A stretch of DNA of 64,000 bases, from positions 3,100,001-3,164,000 of the forward strand of contig CM038999.1 of assembly GCA_017499595.2 (NCBI GenBank), read 5' to 3'. The notes under the pieces were generated by a model, which was given only the letters and a program-made list of their open reading frames with translations, was not told the origin of the DNA and searched no databases. Source of the DNA: Psilocybe cubensis (Eukaryota). Numbering within the stretch: the first letter of the stretch is position 1; every line of letters begins with the position of its first letter. The position numbers were made by a program, and so were the translations under genes. Positions 1 through 12,706 of the stretch are shown here, one piece after another.

Positions 1-2253
1 TTGCACCGTTCTGAACTTGACGGAAACTACGCCGGGCACGGCCAAACCGTCACAGTAGCTTGGTCATCACATGATCAGACATTCTATTTTTAGCTATATC
101 ATTAAGGGACTTAGTAAATGCGGCGTTGCAGCTTGCATCAAACACAAATCAAACAAGTTTGGGCCAAAATACGTCTGACCGCCTTTATTCGAGGCGTCAG
201 TATAGAATGCATGCCAAAGCGGCTAATTCTGTAACTGGGGTGTATGGGGCAATCAATGCATAAGTATTTCTCATTCAACTTTCAGATTGTGGCTGCATCC
301 TGAGGATGAATCAGATGAAGTTGGAGTCTGATATCCGTTTCGATCGCCATTTTGAACGTCGTATCATTCAAAAATCAAGCAGAACTGACAAATAAAAAAT
401 ATCAGCCAGGGCTATGATTACTCGTATATTTTGTCGACCATACTATTTAGGTCACGTTCGAGTGCAACAACTACTATTGCTTTCAAATACTTAGGTTGGC
501 TCTAGTTAGTAGTTTCCGCTGAAGTTGACTTGCGTAAAATATCCAGATCTTCAATTTTTAATCTATGGCACAAAAGCCAGAGCTTTAATTAGAGTAACAC
601 CAGTACCGTCGGACAGACGGCTCGTGTCAACCATCATCACCAAGTCAGACACTTCCCTCATGATAAGTTCTAACGTCAAAAATTCCGAGTCAGCAGCACA
701 GAGTGGTCCGGTTTATTGATGACTTGAAGAGACATTTATATTGGAATCAGTTAACCTGCTACCCACGCATAGAGTTGATAGTTCACTTGACAAAGCTTAT
801 TTCAATCTATTTCAATCAAACTCTTGAAGGTTGATATCATTTCTTGTGCTCAGCCTCCGTGTTGAGCATTCCCCTCTTTGTGGTCGAGAATCTTTTGTCA
901 GGTTTATCGGATCAAGCTCACTGTCCTTTCTCAGCAAACATACAATCTTGATAGACCATTGCTTAAATACACCTACATACCCGATACTCTTTCTCTTGTT
1001 GCAAGCTGGGAGCTTGGGGGAAGCAGCGATCATTATCTAGAAAAGACAGTTTCAAGCGACATGGATTGATATCTCCTATAGTTCAAACGAGATATGGATT
1101 CCTCCTGAACGCGTTTTAACGGTCTAAAAATTTAACCCCCCACAACATAGCGGGCGCTTAGTACTTCTCGACTTGTCATCGACGGGCCGGTCATCCCCAG
1201 TCCATATAGTACTAGACTCTGATCTCCGATTCACAGCACATAACAGAATAACAATACTGTGCATTGCCACCATTACAATGTTTGACTATTTCAGGTGCGG
1301 CCGTCATGGAAAAATTATTATCTATCAAACTTTCAAGTTTGTTGTTTGCTCGAACTTGCCCTGTGTTACAGTGACTACAGAGCGCGGTTCCATCACATTT
1401 GTCAATCCAATAACCTATCCGTTACTAAATAAGCCTGAGGGCCGTACGTTCAGTAGGGTATGGGCGCTGCCAAAAATGACCGTCTGGCGCGAGCAGGGCA
1501 GAGCATCCAAGAATTATCTCTCTTGATTGTGGGTGTCATCAATCATAGCTAATTATAGTCGAGGTTAGGCATCTGTAAACTTTGGCCTTGGAAAGTACAA
1601 CAATGCGGTTAGGCCAGTCTATAACAGTGAACATGAACCAACAACGTAAGCCAGTATGGAGCTATTGGAGTCCCACAATTACCAGGGTACCCATCAATTA
1701 TGAAAATGTATGGTGTGGTGTATGTTGTGTACTAGCGCAGACGCCATTTCAAGTACACGCATGCCTGTGTGTTCAATGTGTTCTATTATCTGTATCTTGA
1801 TGTTAAGTTGCTAGTATAGTGTTTTTCCGGGATAGTGGTGGCAAGGTCGACAAAAATGCCATGACGAGCACAGATTTAGCACTTAGCAGACTGAGTTGGG
1901 TACAAGAGATTGCGGCACAGTACAAGCATAAAAATAGAAGGTTGAGAATGTCCAAAAGAAAGTGAGGATTAAACCAAATGTACTAAAACCACCTCTGAAG
2001 TTCACCCAAAGGAATAAAAATGAAACATAAGGAATCAATAAATGACAAGCTAGGTGGCAAAAGATGACGAAGTTTGAAAGATGAGTTGGCATACACGGTG
2101 AACGGTAAAGAAAGATAGATTGTCGAGTTAAAAATGGTGTGGATCTTTTGCGTGGATCGCCTAAATCGAGATAGTTGAATTTGAAATATCACTGCCGACC
2201 TAGAGAAAAAAGAAGAAAAAGAGGACAAGGATAGAAACGAATGGAAAATTTGG

Positions 2254-4099
2254 CTAGAACAAACAAACAAAATTGCTTGGGAAGACGTTTCTGCCCTCCA
2301 CTCTTCTAGCTTCATCAAGCAGCTCACCGCTCCACCATCCATCATCAGGTGTTGCCGTCACTGCAATTACATCGCCGGCCTGGAAGTCGAATTCTTCATG
2401 GATTGTGGCGGTGTAATCGTAAAGCGCTTTCACTTTCAAGTTTCAAACCCAAGTGTGCATTGCATAAATAATTGAGAAGTTGTATTGCATTCGAGATGAG
2501 TAAAATACATACCGTAAAACAAAATTCGGTTGCCCTGTTGAGGCAGAGGCGGAGGCGGAGTCTGTGACCGTGCCGGTGCTCGAGATGTACTGTTTTGAGG
2601 GAGCATAGGCAACGAGTCTCGATGATTGGATTTTGGAGCAACAGCTGGTGAAGGAGTTGTAGTAGTAGCAGGAGTGGGACGCGATGATGACGAGGATGAT
2701 GCAGCCACAGCTGAGGCTGCTTCTGGAACCGGCGGTATAGGTTGGTTGGGAGGGCTCGTTATCGGAGGGGAGGCCTTTTGACTAGTATACGAGAGGGTAT
2801 CGTCATATGGAGAATCTGTTCTACCATTTATATCATTCGTCGAACGATGGGTGCTGCTAGCGTCTGTTGATGTCGAGGTTGGGTGATTGTTGGTGAGGGC
2901 GGCAGCATCGGAATGGTATGCAGGAGCCGCTCGCCGAGTGACCCGTTGATAATCGACTGCTCGTATGACGGGTGAGTCAGGGAGTTGTGGGTCAAGATGT
3001 CCATTGCTGGGTGTAAATTCTGCGGGTGTTGCGATAGAATTGCCAGTGCCGTATTCGTTCACAAAATTCTCTACATCCTTTTCTGGTTCAAGTTGATCAA
3101 GCGCAGTGCGAATTCGTTCGCAGGACTATCAAAGCTCAAGAAATTACAGAGCAGCCAACAAATATGCAAAATAAATGACGCACCTGATCATCAGAAACGC
3201 AGACTATGGAAATGTCGTTTGCATAGGCCCAAATTATGTCCTTCATGAAATCGATACGTTCTTCCTCCAAGTCCTGACAGGAATCACAGAAATCTTTCCA
3301 TTCCTTCTCCCAGGTTCGAAGCATTTCCGACAGTTCCTTCGTGAATTTGGCAAAATCCCGCTCGTTTCCTTGCATAGTCTGTTTTGTTCGAATAAGCTTT
3401 TGCTGCACTTTTTGCAGATCTGAGCCCTGCATGTATGTCGCCTGTTGTGCATATGAGTTTATACGCAGACAGTCGGCTTCGTACTTCTCCCTGGATTTCT
3501 TGACATACGATTCCTGAACTTGTTTTTCCTTGAATTTGCGCTCCAGAGGCGCTTGAATCGTTCGTCGATGATTAACTTGCTTTTGATGAAATTGGGCAGT
3601 GGGACCTTCGAGATCAAGACGCATTTGTTGGGCTAGCTCAAGATGACTCTCTGCCAGTTTCTCTGTTTCGATCCGTAGAGTATCGAGTGAATTACGAAGC
3701 TCTCTGTAACGAAAAGTTAGTGATACGATAAACACGAACCGGAGAAGACTTGCCCAATTTCGTCGCCTCCAATGGGCGCTTTCGCCAGTTTCGCTAGCCG
3801 GTTAGCATACTCCTCCTCAATGATGCTTCTATTAAACAAAATTTGATCGTGTGCTTAGCCCGATTTAAAGGCTCAGAGAAGAGGGACTCCTACCTCTCAT
3901 TCCAAAAATTTCTGAGCTCATCCGTGGTTTTCGAAGCGCCCCGCATTCGGGCAAACATGATGTTTGGCCCAGCATCACTAAGGCCCCAGAAGGAATTGCA
4001 GTAATCCCTTGATGTACTTCCGTTGAACAAATCGATATCGGGCTGCTTCGCGGTGGCATATCGCTGGAGTGAGGTTGCAGAGTGACCGCGGGCGGCCAT
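2254..4099 (-). CDS. F-BAR (FCH) + C-terminal SH3 protein, Cdc15/Imp2/Hof1 (PCH) family; multi-exon
   Basis: N-terminal FCH motif YCNSFWG...GPNIMFARMRGASKTTDELRNFWNER, coiled-coil F-BAR exon (3136-3735, CQDLEEERIDFMK), Pro/Ser linker, SH3 VKALYDYTA...FDFQAGDVI...DDGWWSG...FPSNFV; GT-AG introns between ORF pieces. Confidence 0.9.
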
Positions 4100-4631
4100 G
4101 GTGGATAATGGTTAGTAGAAGAAAAAGCAGAGATGCGTGTGCGGAAAAGAGGAAGAAAGCAAGGAGATGTTAGATGACAGATGGGTCGTGATGATGATGA
4201 GACGAATTTGGTTAGGGAATGTAATTCATCCAAGACGGAAACAGGACCGACCGACTACGAAACCGGAGGCTGAAGCCATTCCTGATTCGCTACGGCCGGC
4301 GGTGACAGATCTGGCCGAAATCTCCAGAACTGACTAGTCATTCTCGCGGAAATCTCTGACTTTGTAGATGCCTCTTAATTATACTTTCACGTGGACTTTT
4401 CTTTATCGTTGCGATGGCGATGAATACTTCAGTCTGCAAATTTCACACTCGCCGTCTGGCGTGCCCAGGTCTTTCCAGCTTCGCTACAACTTTGTCACAA
4501 TTACAAAGTCCAAAGCGCGCCTACCGCTTGGTCACCGTGTATCAATATGCAGATCCAAATTCTCATTGGTCCGCATTCGGTTTTAAAGGCCCCACATAAC
4601 CGCCCTAATTTGCTTTCTTCGGCGCTGTTTC

Positions 4632-7600
4632 TCATTGTAAATCCAGCAGATTGACGCGCCAGTCCTTCGACCGAGACACGTCAGGCTTGGGAATCTTGTC
4701 CAAAAGATTAGTAGCCTTGTTTTTCTCTCTCTCAGCCATCCTCGCTGCCCATCCATCGGGGATTGCTTCCTCTTCGTCGGTGGGAGGAGGGGGAGTCCAG
4801 ATTTCATCAATGGCGGTCTTTAGTTCAACTTCAAATTCGCCAACCTTACGTTGCAATTCAATCCCTTCTTCACGGTGATCATCCGTAAATCGGAGCAAAT
4901 GAGGCAACAGGCTACGCGCCTCGCCTTGGCAAAAATCAATGTCCAATGCGATAAGCGCGGAAAAAGTCACTGAAAAACGCACCTTGTGTCGTCAGGAACC
5001 TTTCCACGAGCTTCCCAACAGACCGAAGCAGATATTCCTCTTCATCCACTGTGCCCTTTCTTCCGGAACCGACTTTCCTCTCCATCTTCCGCTTTGAACG
5101 AGAAGTGCGTCTAATCGCATTGGATTATCAATGGAATCCACGTGCATGTGAGGTGAGATGAAAACTTACCGCGAGGAGCGAGATGTCGCCGATGGTGCAG
5201 CTGTATAGCGGGTGAAAGCCGTGGCCGGCATCGAAACGTCTGTCATGACGTCTATATTGTGTAGAGCCGCGTTGTCTTCTGTGCCGTAAAATGCATCTAT
5301 GCATATCGCGTACGGAGTCACAGCCATTCACAAGACTAAAGATAAAGCGCACGAACCTGGCTCTTCTATCTTTTTGATACGAAGCTCACGAAGGCGGGCG
5401 AGCTGTTTACGAATTTGCTCTCTCATTTCTCCTATATCTTCTAAGATTTGCGCCTTTGTGTCCAACGCCGCGGGGTGGAGGATATCTTCCTGCAACTCCG
5501 GCATTGAATGCAGACTGATCTGACGAGAGTTTTCGGGAATTAGCAAACACCAAAAGGAAATGCTTTCCCAACTTACAATTCTCCGCGCCTCGGAAAATGA
5601 ATTGCCTTGCACGAGTGCAATCACAGCCTCTCTCACGTCTTTACAGTAATCCAGCAAGATTTGTGCCGCTTCGGAATGTCTCTTTTTCGACACAAGCTCC
5701 TCTGTATTAGATAGATGGTTCAATATTTAGCCAAGTCAGACGGTGAATAGACAAACCTGCAACACGGTACCCCATAGCAATAAGATCCTCTTCGTCCATT
5801 TCAGTGAGCATCGCTAGGTCAAATAGTTCCTGCCAGTCAAGCGCTTTCTCAAACGAATACAACGCTTTCTCCGTTCTCTTGGCTTCAATAAAAACTAGAT
5901 AACCGTTCAGAACGGCCATGGTATCACACACAATTGAGCGTAACGTCACCTGTCGCCGCCTGCCTGAATTCTCGCCTTTCATACAGCCAATCTCCATAGG
6001 AATTGAGGACCTCCTGAAAATTACATATAAAATGTTGGTAAAAAGCATGAAACGATTGACATTGTGTATAATTGGACTGACAGGGTATTCGTCCTTTCCT
6101 TTCCAGATTAATAGGGCTGAATTGTAGAGACGATGAAGTTCTACGTAAGCAAGGGCTTCTTCAAATCGTTCAGGCCCTACCAAACGGAACGCGTAGTAAG
6201 CCAACAAATCCATACGAAGAAGTACTCAACACACCAGCTAGACTCAAATTCTTGAGTGCTTTTTCATGCCGTTTCAGGTGATCGTCAATGCGGAATCTTT
6301 GGTAGTATGTATCGAGAGCGCGAAGTTCGCGTAGGAACGGAAGATACTCTCGGGGATCCTAAAAAAACGAATCAGTTTGGTAATCCTCAAAAACAACATC
6401 CGTGAATCAGGAACGCAAATTTCTTGCACAAGTAAGGTATCTCGGGGGTACAACTGTGAAAGAACGGGGGTTCAAGGAGAATGAAACATAAATCACCTTT
6501 TGGGCGTGCTGAGCAATCATGATCACGAGGGAGAAATCGTACATCCCAAGAGCAGTGTCAAACAGTTGATTCGCATCAACGAGGAAGATGATATATTTCA
6601 CCGCTTCCTCGACAACGCTGGGGTCGGTCTCTGCGGGCGAAATTGACAGAATGCGTAAGTATTAAGAAAACGTGGTCGAATGATCCGTTCCACTAGTACG
6701 TACCTCGCAATCGGAGAAGGAGCGCTAATCCAGCCTCATGATCCGGAGGCGTTTTGACTACATGTGCCGTCAATATTGAGTTGACGTATTTCGTTAGATC
6801 TCTCTTCTCGAGCTCAGCACGGAAGGAGTCACAAATTTTGGCGATAAATTCAGGCGTGTTATTACCGCGGCTGAAGAACAATTATTAGGTCCCGAGTAGT
6901 ACAGTAATGAATTGGTACAAAAATGGTGCTCACCCGATGAGAGCCAGGAAAAGATTGAGATGCTCAACCTCAGGGATTTGGTCTACGAAAGATGGAATTT
7001 TCTCGAGCAGTCTATCTGGGTTATGGTCCACGATGACATTCAGGTCTATGCGATGTTTACGGCAAGCAAAGAATGCTTTGCGGTAGTTTCCGCTGTTCCC
7101 AATATAACTGAGTAAAGCGTCACGAGAAGGAAAACGAAACTCACGCCTCTAAATCTTGTTTGACGACCTCCATGACCAACGGTCGCGGGTTGATAGTTTC
7201 AAGATTGCCTCTGGGCATCTGTAAGACCAGGCTCATCGAGCTCGGTACAGCTACAACAATTCTTGATCCTCTCTCCACCTTCCTCACAGCCCAGTCTGCA
7301 GGAATCTCCTTGGCTGCTGCGCCCTCTTCTTGTTCAAATAGCTTGGACAATGATGTAGTGGGGACAAACGTCGCTTCATGTGAAGTCGATGTGAAGATCA
7401 CAAACCCAGAGGCAATAGTAAAAGAGGTAGCGTTGGTGGCTATTGTCCGAACATCCTCATCCGATTTCGACACGTACAATTTACCTGACTTTGCAAGACC
7501 GACGTAGAACACTTGCTCGGAACCCTCAGATGATACGGCTATCTGATGTGCATTCACGCAAAATTCAGAGAATTTGGCAACCGGAGTAGAGATTTCTTCC

Positions 7601-9866
7601 TCTGGAGAATCTAAAAAACATTATTAGAGCATGTTAAAATATACGATAGGATGGCTCACATTGGAAGATATCACCCTCTGCACTTTGGTATACACCTTCC
7701 ACCGCTCCATTCACCAGTCGGCAATTTCTGAAAGGCAGATCGAATATCGTTTGTACAGAGGCAGTACCATTATCAATAGTTACCCTGGAGATAACGTCTC
7801 TGTGGTTGGTTGGATCCGTCCCGAGTGTAACAAAAGTGTACGATCCATCGAACTTTACAGAGAGTTGCCGCCAGTGGATGTGAATCTTATCGCTAACACT
7901 TCCGGCATAGATCTTGGATGGATCCATGATTTTTCCAGGTCCTGGAATAAGCCTCATTTTCAGATCCCATAGCTCGATGTATCCGTGCTCCCAAAGAATC
8001 GCCATGGCATCATTCTGAGGTGAAAATGTGACATAGATCGGTATGGATGCAGGGGGTGCGTCTGGGGAGTATTTTGGATCAGGGGAGGCAGATAGCTGAT
8101 AAGATGACATGGGAGGTGGGACATTTTGGCTTCGGAACGGCGTCAAGAGTATTGACGCTGCGACGTGAGTTAGAACAAAATATGAACGTCAGATGATATG
8201 TGCGCATACAGGCATCAAGTACGGCAACTGCGCCGGAGTCATTGGGAGCCACAGATTGAGAGATGTACGTGTCCCAGGAGTAAATTCTTTGCATCATATG
8301 CGCTATACACCGTCAAGACGTGCACAATAAAATGTAGACAGATAAACCTTACTGGTAGTTGTCAATGTCAAATGTAAAGCCAATTCAGGATGCCAATGCA
8401 ACGACGAAAATCGTCCAGGTTCATTGGGAGATGTCGATGGTGCAGCAATCTCGTGCTTCAGATACCTGAAAATCTTCATCAGAGATAGGACTGTGATAAA
8501 GAAGGTATGCTCACCAGTGATAGTTTCCTGTCGTCCAAAACTGAACTATAAAAAGGGGTTAAAACACTTCAGCTGGTGCTAGACATGGACGGACCTACCG
8601 ATATCACCCTTGTCTCCTTCTATCCAGATAGCGAGGATCGTCGAGTCAGAGTTCCAAGATAAATCTCGTACTCGATACCCCCATTTTCTATCTTTGCCAC
8701 CCTCACCTCGTATAGGTATCTTATCCGCATCCAAACTGAACTCTCCGTGTCGAAGTCCATTACGCTCAAAGAAGATGACATCATGACGTCCTTCCCGACC
8801 GGCCCCTCCACCCTCAAACCCAAATCGTTGAGTGCCAACAATCAAGTTTCCTGACGGCCGCCAGACAAGCGTATGCTCCAGCCCAGCCACCTCCTCCGAC
8901 GTCGACTGTAGCGCGCCCTGACGATCATACACGCGCAGCGTCCTGTGTGGATCCTCACCCGGGGACAACGACGACACGACAAAGTAACTTCCGTCACCTC
9001 TCCAGCTAATCCGCGGTAGGATGTCATCGTCTGGGCTGATCCCTACTTTTATTTTTGGCGCGGCTTGGGCAGCTGCTTTACCCAAAGATCCATGGAATTG
9101 CGTCTGCTTCGATCCCCAACCCACGTTGATAGGTGCATCTAGAAAGGTCTCAACACATTGGGTTGTGGAAGATGTAGTAGCCTATGAACGCGAGACTCAC
9201 CCTCTCCAAACTCTGTTACATACATGGGTTTTTCTGATAACACATCGAAAGTCGAGGTCAAGATTAACAGTTTGTGTTCGCCTTGCAGAATAGTCAGCTT
9301 TGTGGAAAGACTTTGGGTATTGAGAATGGCCTCACCTGTGACGATAGCGACAACAGATTCATCTGGATTCCATGACGCAGCCAATATTCCTGAATCAAAG
9401 GTTCCTTCCACCTCAAACTAGATAAAATTAACATCTGAAAGACAAAACTTGAAGATCTGGCGTACCGGCGCGCCAGGCTCCTCAATAGAGATCATCACAA
9501 CATCTCCGCCCCTCATAATGGCACAAATCTGCCGTGTCTCTGCCAGAAATCGGAGCGCAACAGTCTGAGAGGCGTTGGGTACATTGGAAGCAGCTACTGC
9601 ACGAAATTTTGCCGCCGGTTCTGGCGTTGACTGTACATTACGTTAACACCAGGGTTATGGAAGATTCGAAAAATCGGCCGTACTGGAGGTTTACTGAATC
9701 CCTGGGACTGGTCGATTTTCCAAAGCTCGACCTCGATTTCTCCGTCGAGAGCATCGCGTTCGGATGAAACATAGATTACATTTTCGTCAAGATCAAAAGT
9801 TGTTGCGGTGATATTTGCAGATGGAATATACGAGGCCCATGATGATATGAGCGATAAATTCCTCAT
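4632..9866 (-). CDS. ELP1: Elongator complex subunit 1 (IKI3 family); many introns
   Basis: MRNL start at 9866; IKI3 motifs VGWGSKQTQFHGSLGK, ISWRGDG, WRPSGNLI, FFERNGLRHGEF, LQMPRGNLETINPR, ALGMYDF...AQHAQKDPREYLPFL. Confidence 0.95.
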
Positions 9867-10079
9867 AGTAAAAAAAGGATAAGGATAGTGTGAAATGTAA
9901 AAAGATCTATGTTTTGCGGTCCCAACAGTCGAGTCTCGCTTGACTCCAAAACGCGATGATCCAGATTGGCCAACATTGTTTGCACTAGCCGTGCCAGCCA
10001 AACTTTGGTTATTCTTGGCTCACTTTCCTTTTTCTTCAGGGACGCCTTCGACCATACCCAACTCGAATTCCTTGTCATC

Positions 10080-10989
10080 ATGCCTCCCACGCGTACATCG
10101 AACAAAAATGCGGAAGCTTCATCTTCTTCCTCCAAACCAGACGCAAAATCAAAACGACAATACCAGCGAAGGACACAGGAACACGATTCGAACGCCGTGC
10201 CAGGCGTCCAGAAAGTTAAAGCTGCGCTGCGACAGGCCAGAAGACTTCTTGCCAAGGTCGATAGGGTTGCTTGAATACAAATGGATTTTTAATCTGATCC
10301 ATTCATTTAGGACAAGCTAGCAGCAGATGTTCGAGTCGAGACGGAAAGACGGATAAAAGCCTTGGAAGCAGAGCTAAATCAAGCAGAGGCGGCGAAGAAG
10401 GAAAGAGCATTCGCAGTGCGATATCATAAGATAAAATTCTTTGGTGTGTTTACTAGATTTCTTTCCCTTTACACATCTGATATTTCTTTAGAGCGCCAAA
10501 AGGTAACACGGAAACTCAGACAAACCAAAAAAGGACTGGAAGCTGCTAGCAATGACGCCGAAAAGAAGAAGCTATCATCGGAACTACAGGACTTGCGCGT
10601 CGATCTGAACTATATCCTAGTACGGCTTTGCAATCATCCATAGATGAGGCGTTGAACTGACATTTGACCAGCATTATCCCAAAATGAAGAAATACATATC
10701 ATTATTCCCTCCTGAAGTCAGAAAAGGCGAAGCTGTATCCGCTGCCAGCGAAGCCGAAAAGAAAAAGACAGACAAGGAGCGTGCTGAAGTGCGAAAATGG
10801 ATACGAGAACAAATGGAGCAAGGTGATTTACCCGGGGAGCCAGAAATCGAGCTAGGTTCACAGCATGGCAAGTCTCGTGCACAAAAGTGGCCGCAGGAAA
10901 AGAATGCTGCGAGTGCTCCATCGATGTCGAAAGAAGAGGTGGAAGAGCGGGATGAGTTCTTTGATGACGATGATGAAGATTCAAGTTGA
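10080..10989 (+). CDS. EFG1: rRNA-processing protein Efg1 (18S/40S biogenesis); 3 introns
   Basis: PGVQKVKAALRQARRLLAK, VRYHKIKFFERQKVTRK, RVDLNYILHYPKMKKYISLFP, acidic tail DEFFDDDDE. Confidence 0.88.
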
Positions 10990-11161
10990 TTCTGGTTTCT
11001 CTGTTGCATTTGCTTTCTTCTCTCTCATGTGTATTACTATTGTCAACATACTTTCTGAGAACAAAATCTATTGAAATGAAGCGACTCCCAAAATAGAAAA
11101 GATAGACCCAATTAAGGAAATTTTGCGTGCCATAAGGTTAGGGTTAGAAGAAAGAAAAGTC

Positions 11162-11344
11162 AAAAAAGAGAGCCTGCCCAGCCAGAGTGGCCGAAGCAGG
11201 ACAGGAAAATATTGAGACGGTGCATGAGCCTAAGCCCATACAAACCGCAGACACCCCCTGAGGACATGGTCGCCGTGCTATGGGGGATTTCCACGGCCCA
11301 CAAACCCAGGTACTTGAAGGGGCTTATGCCATCAAGGTAAGTAT
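11162..11344 (-). ncRNA. U1-like small RNA gene, copy 1 (intact, with promoter); non-canonical internal loops
   Basis: Minus strand starts ATACTTACCT (the U1 5' end). nt ~10-24 can pair with ~115-133 closing a multi-helix domain, then a single-stranded AATATTTTC (Sm-site-like), a 3' stem-loop CCTGTCC...GGGCAGG and a T6 run. Body identical to the copy at 24326-24508 while flanks diverge. Confidence 0.7.
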
Positions 11345-11404
11345 GAGTTGTTCGGATGTCGAGGCATCGCTTATATATCATTCAGCCGTGCACGGACCAT
11401 TTGA
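11345..11404 (-). promoter_or_regulatory. snRNA-type promoter: upstream element TCAAATGGTCCGTGCAC (-60..-44), TATA (-34..-27), conserved -17..-1 block
   Basis: The same blocks at the same spacing recur at 31053-31112 with diverged spacers. Confidence 0.7.
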
Positions 11405-12457
11405 TGTCGAGCTCGCATCCTAAGCGAAAGGTCACTTGATCGTCGCGACTTGGCGTCTCCCTTTTGCTTCATTGACACTCGCTCGGCATTCCATCGTTCG
11501 TCTCTACTCCATTCCAAAGGTCTTCACTACAATCAGAAGCCGTTAAGAGCTATCCAAGTCAATGCAAGCAAATGGCTCAACTCGGACCAACCTACTATGA
11601 AGAGCAAGCAGGGGTATACTCGGCGGCCATAGTGGATCATAAGGTGGTTTACCGCGAACAACCATACCAACTCCTGAACGCTTGACTGATTTCCTGGATC
11701 CGAGAGCCGACTTTGTTCTCACCATCTCCTACATTTTCCTCAGTGGCTGTCATTTCCAATCCTTCTGAAAGGTCTGGCTTTGTGACCGATTTGTCTCTAC
11801 TTCTGGCGTCGAGCCTATCCGTTCCCATAGGCATCCTCAACGTGTTCGGCTTCTGTAATGGAACACTAATGTTGGGCGCCCTTTTCTTCATTGCTCAGGA
11901 CGACGAACGGGCGCAGTAACAAGCAGTGCCACTTTGCTCCCGAGCCCGTTGTTGGATTGCCCGATCCACCAGTACTACGGATCATGCATCATGCCTGATA
12001 CTCGTCTACCGTTGAAAGGTAGTATTACCAGGGGCACAAATAGTGCCCAAGTTTGTTGGCGTCCCAAACACAAATTAATATCTATGTTGTTGCTACTTGG
12101 AATATCTCGAAACCTTTGCTTAACATTGTTCAAGATAAGGGCAGTGCGTTAGCTGTTACGGGACAAAAGCACGGAGAACGTGAGAGATGGGTGGTGGCGT
12201 TTTAGTTCTCACTTGGTGTTCTATACTCCGAAGTGTGCTTTGCCATGACGTGCAAGCGAAACGCAGTTAGTTCTACCGCAAACCCACCATGATAAGAGAC
12301 AGTACCTTCCGCAGACCAGACGCAGGAAAATCTACGACGTGTCGCAAGCAATGAGTTTGAAACGCGATACAACCGTTCCTCTTCTGGCCGTGTTCACATA
12401 CGGATTTCGTTATTCCAGAAGTACTAGCGCACTGCGCTATGCCTCGAATTTAGGAGA

Positions 12458-12467
12458 CTTGGTTGCT

Positions 12468-12473
<6 letters not shown>
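12458..12473. repeat. Left target-site duplication of LINE (cttggttgctgctctt)
   Basis: Identical 16-mer at 20603-20618; last TT is ambiguous with the poly(T) run 12472-12503. Confidence 0.92.
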
Positions 12474-12504
<31 letters not shown>

Positions 12505-12706
12505 GTGGAGCGTTGATGTTACTGTTGTAACACCAGTCCTTTCGTGCGCGACTTTTCGACACTCAGGACCCGCTAGTTGATTTCAAGGACAATTGACCTT
12601 AACGAAAATATCCAGACCGTATTCACCCTGGGGAAATGCGTTTAAGCACTTTGTGTGGGACTCAAGACTAAACCGTTGATGGATCCTCCTGCGTGCCCCC
12701 CCATAC

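Noticed and set aside
1-1900. Short ORFs at the window start
   Set aside because: No homology cues or consistent exon chain; treated as intergenic
11131-11344. Telomerase RNA, because the minus strand contains TAACCCTAACC
   Set aside because: The motif lies beyond the T6 run, differs between the copies, and the unit is far shorter than known fungal telomerase RNAs
11162-11344. Plus-strand reading as RNase MRP (ACTTGAAGGGGCTTA resembles CR-V) or as a spliced-leader RNA (AAG|GTAAGT donor)
   Set aside because: No matching CR-I on the plus strand; promoter blocks and oligo-T orient the gene on the minus strand, and the donor look-alike is simply the complement of the U1 5' end
11543-11725. Short ORF MVRTKSALGSRKS resembling a histone H3/CENP-A tail
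   Set aside because: No histone fold follows and I could not build a convincing gene model
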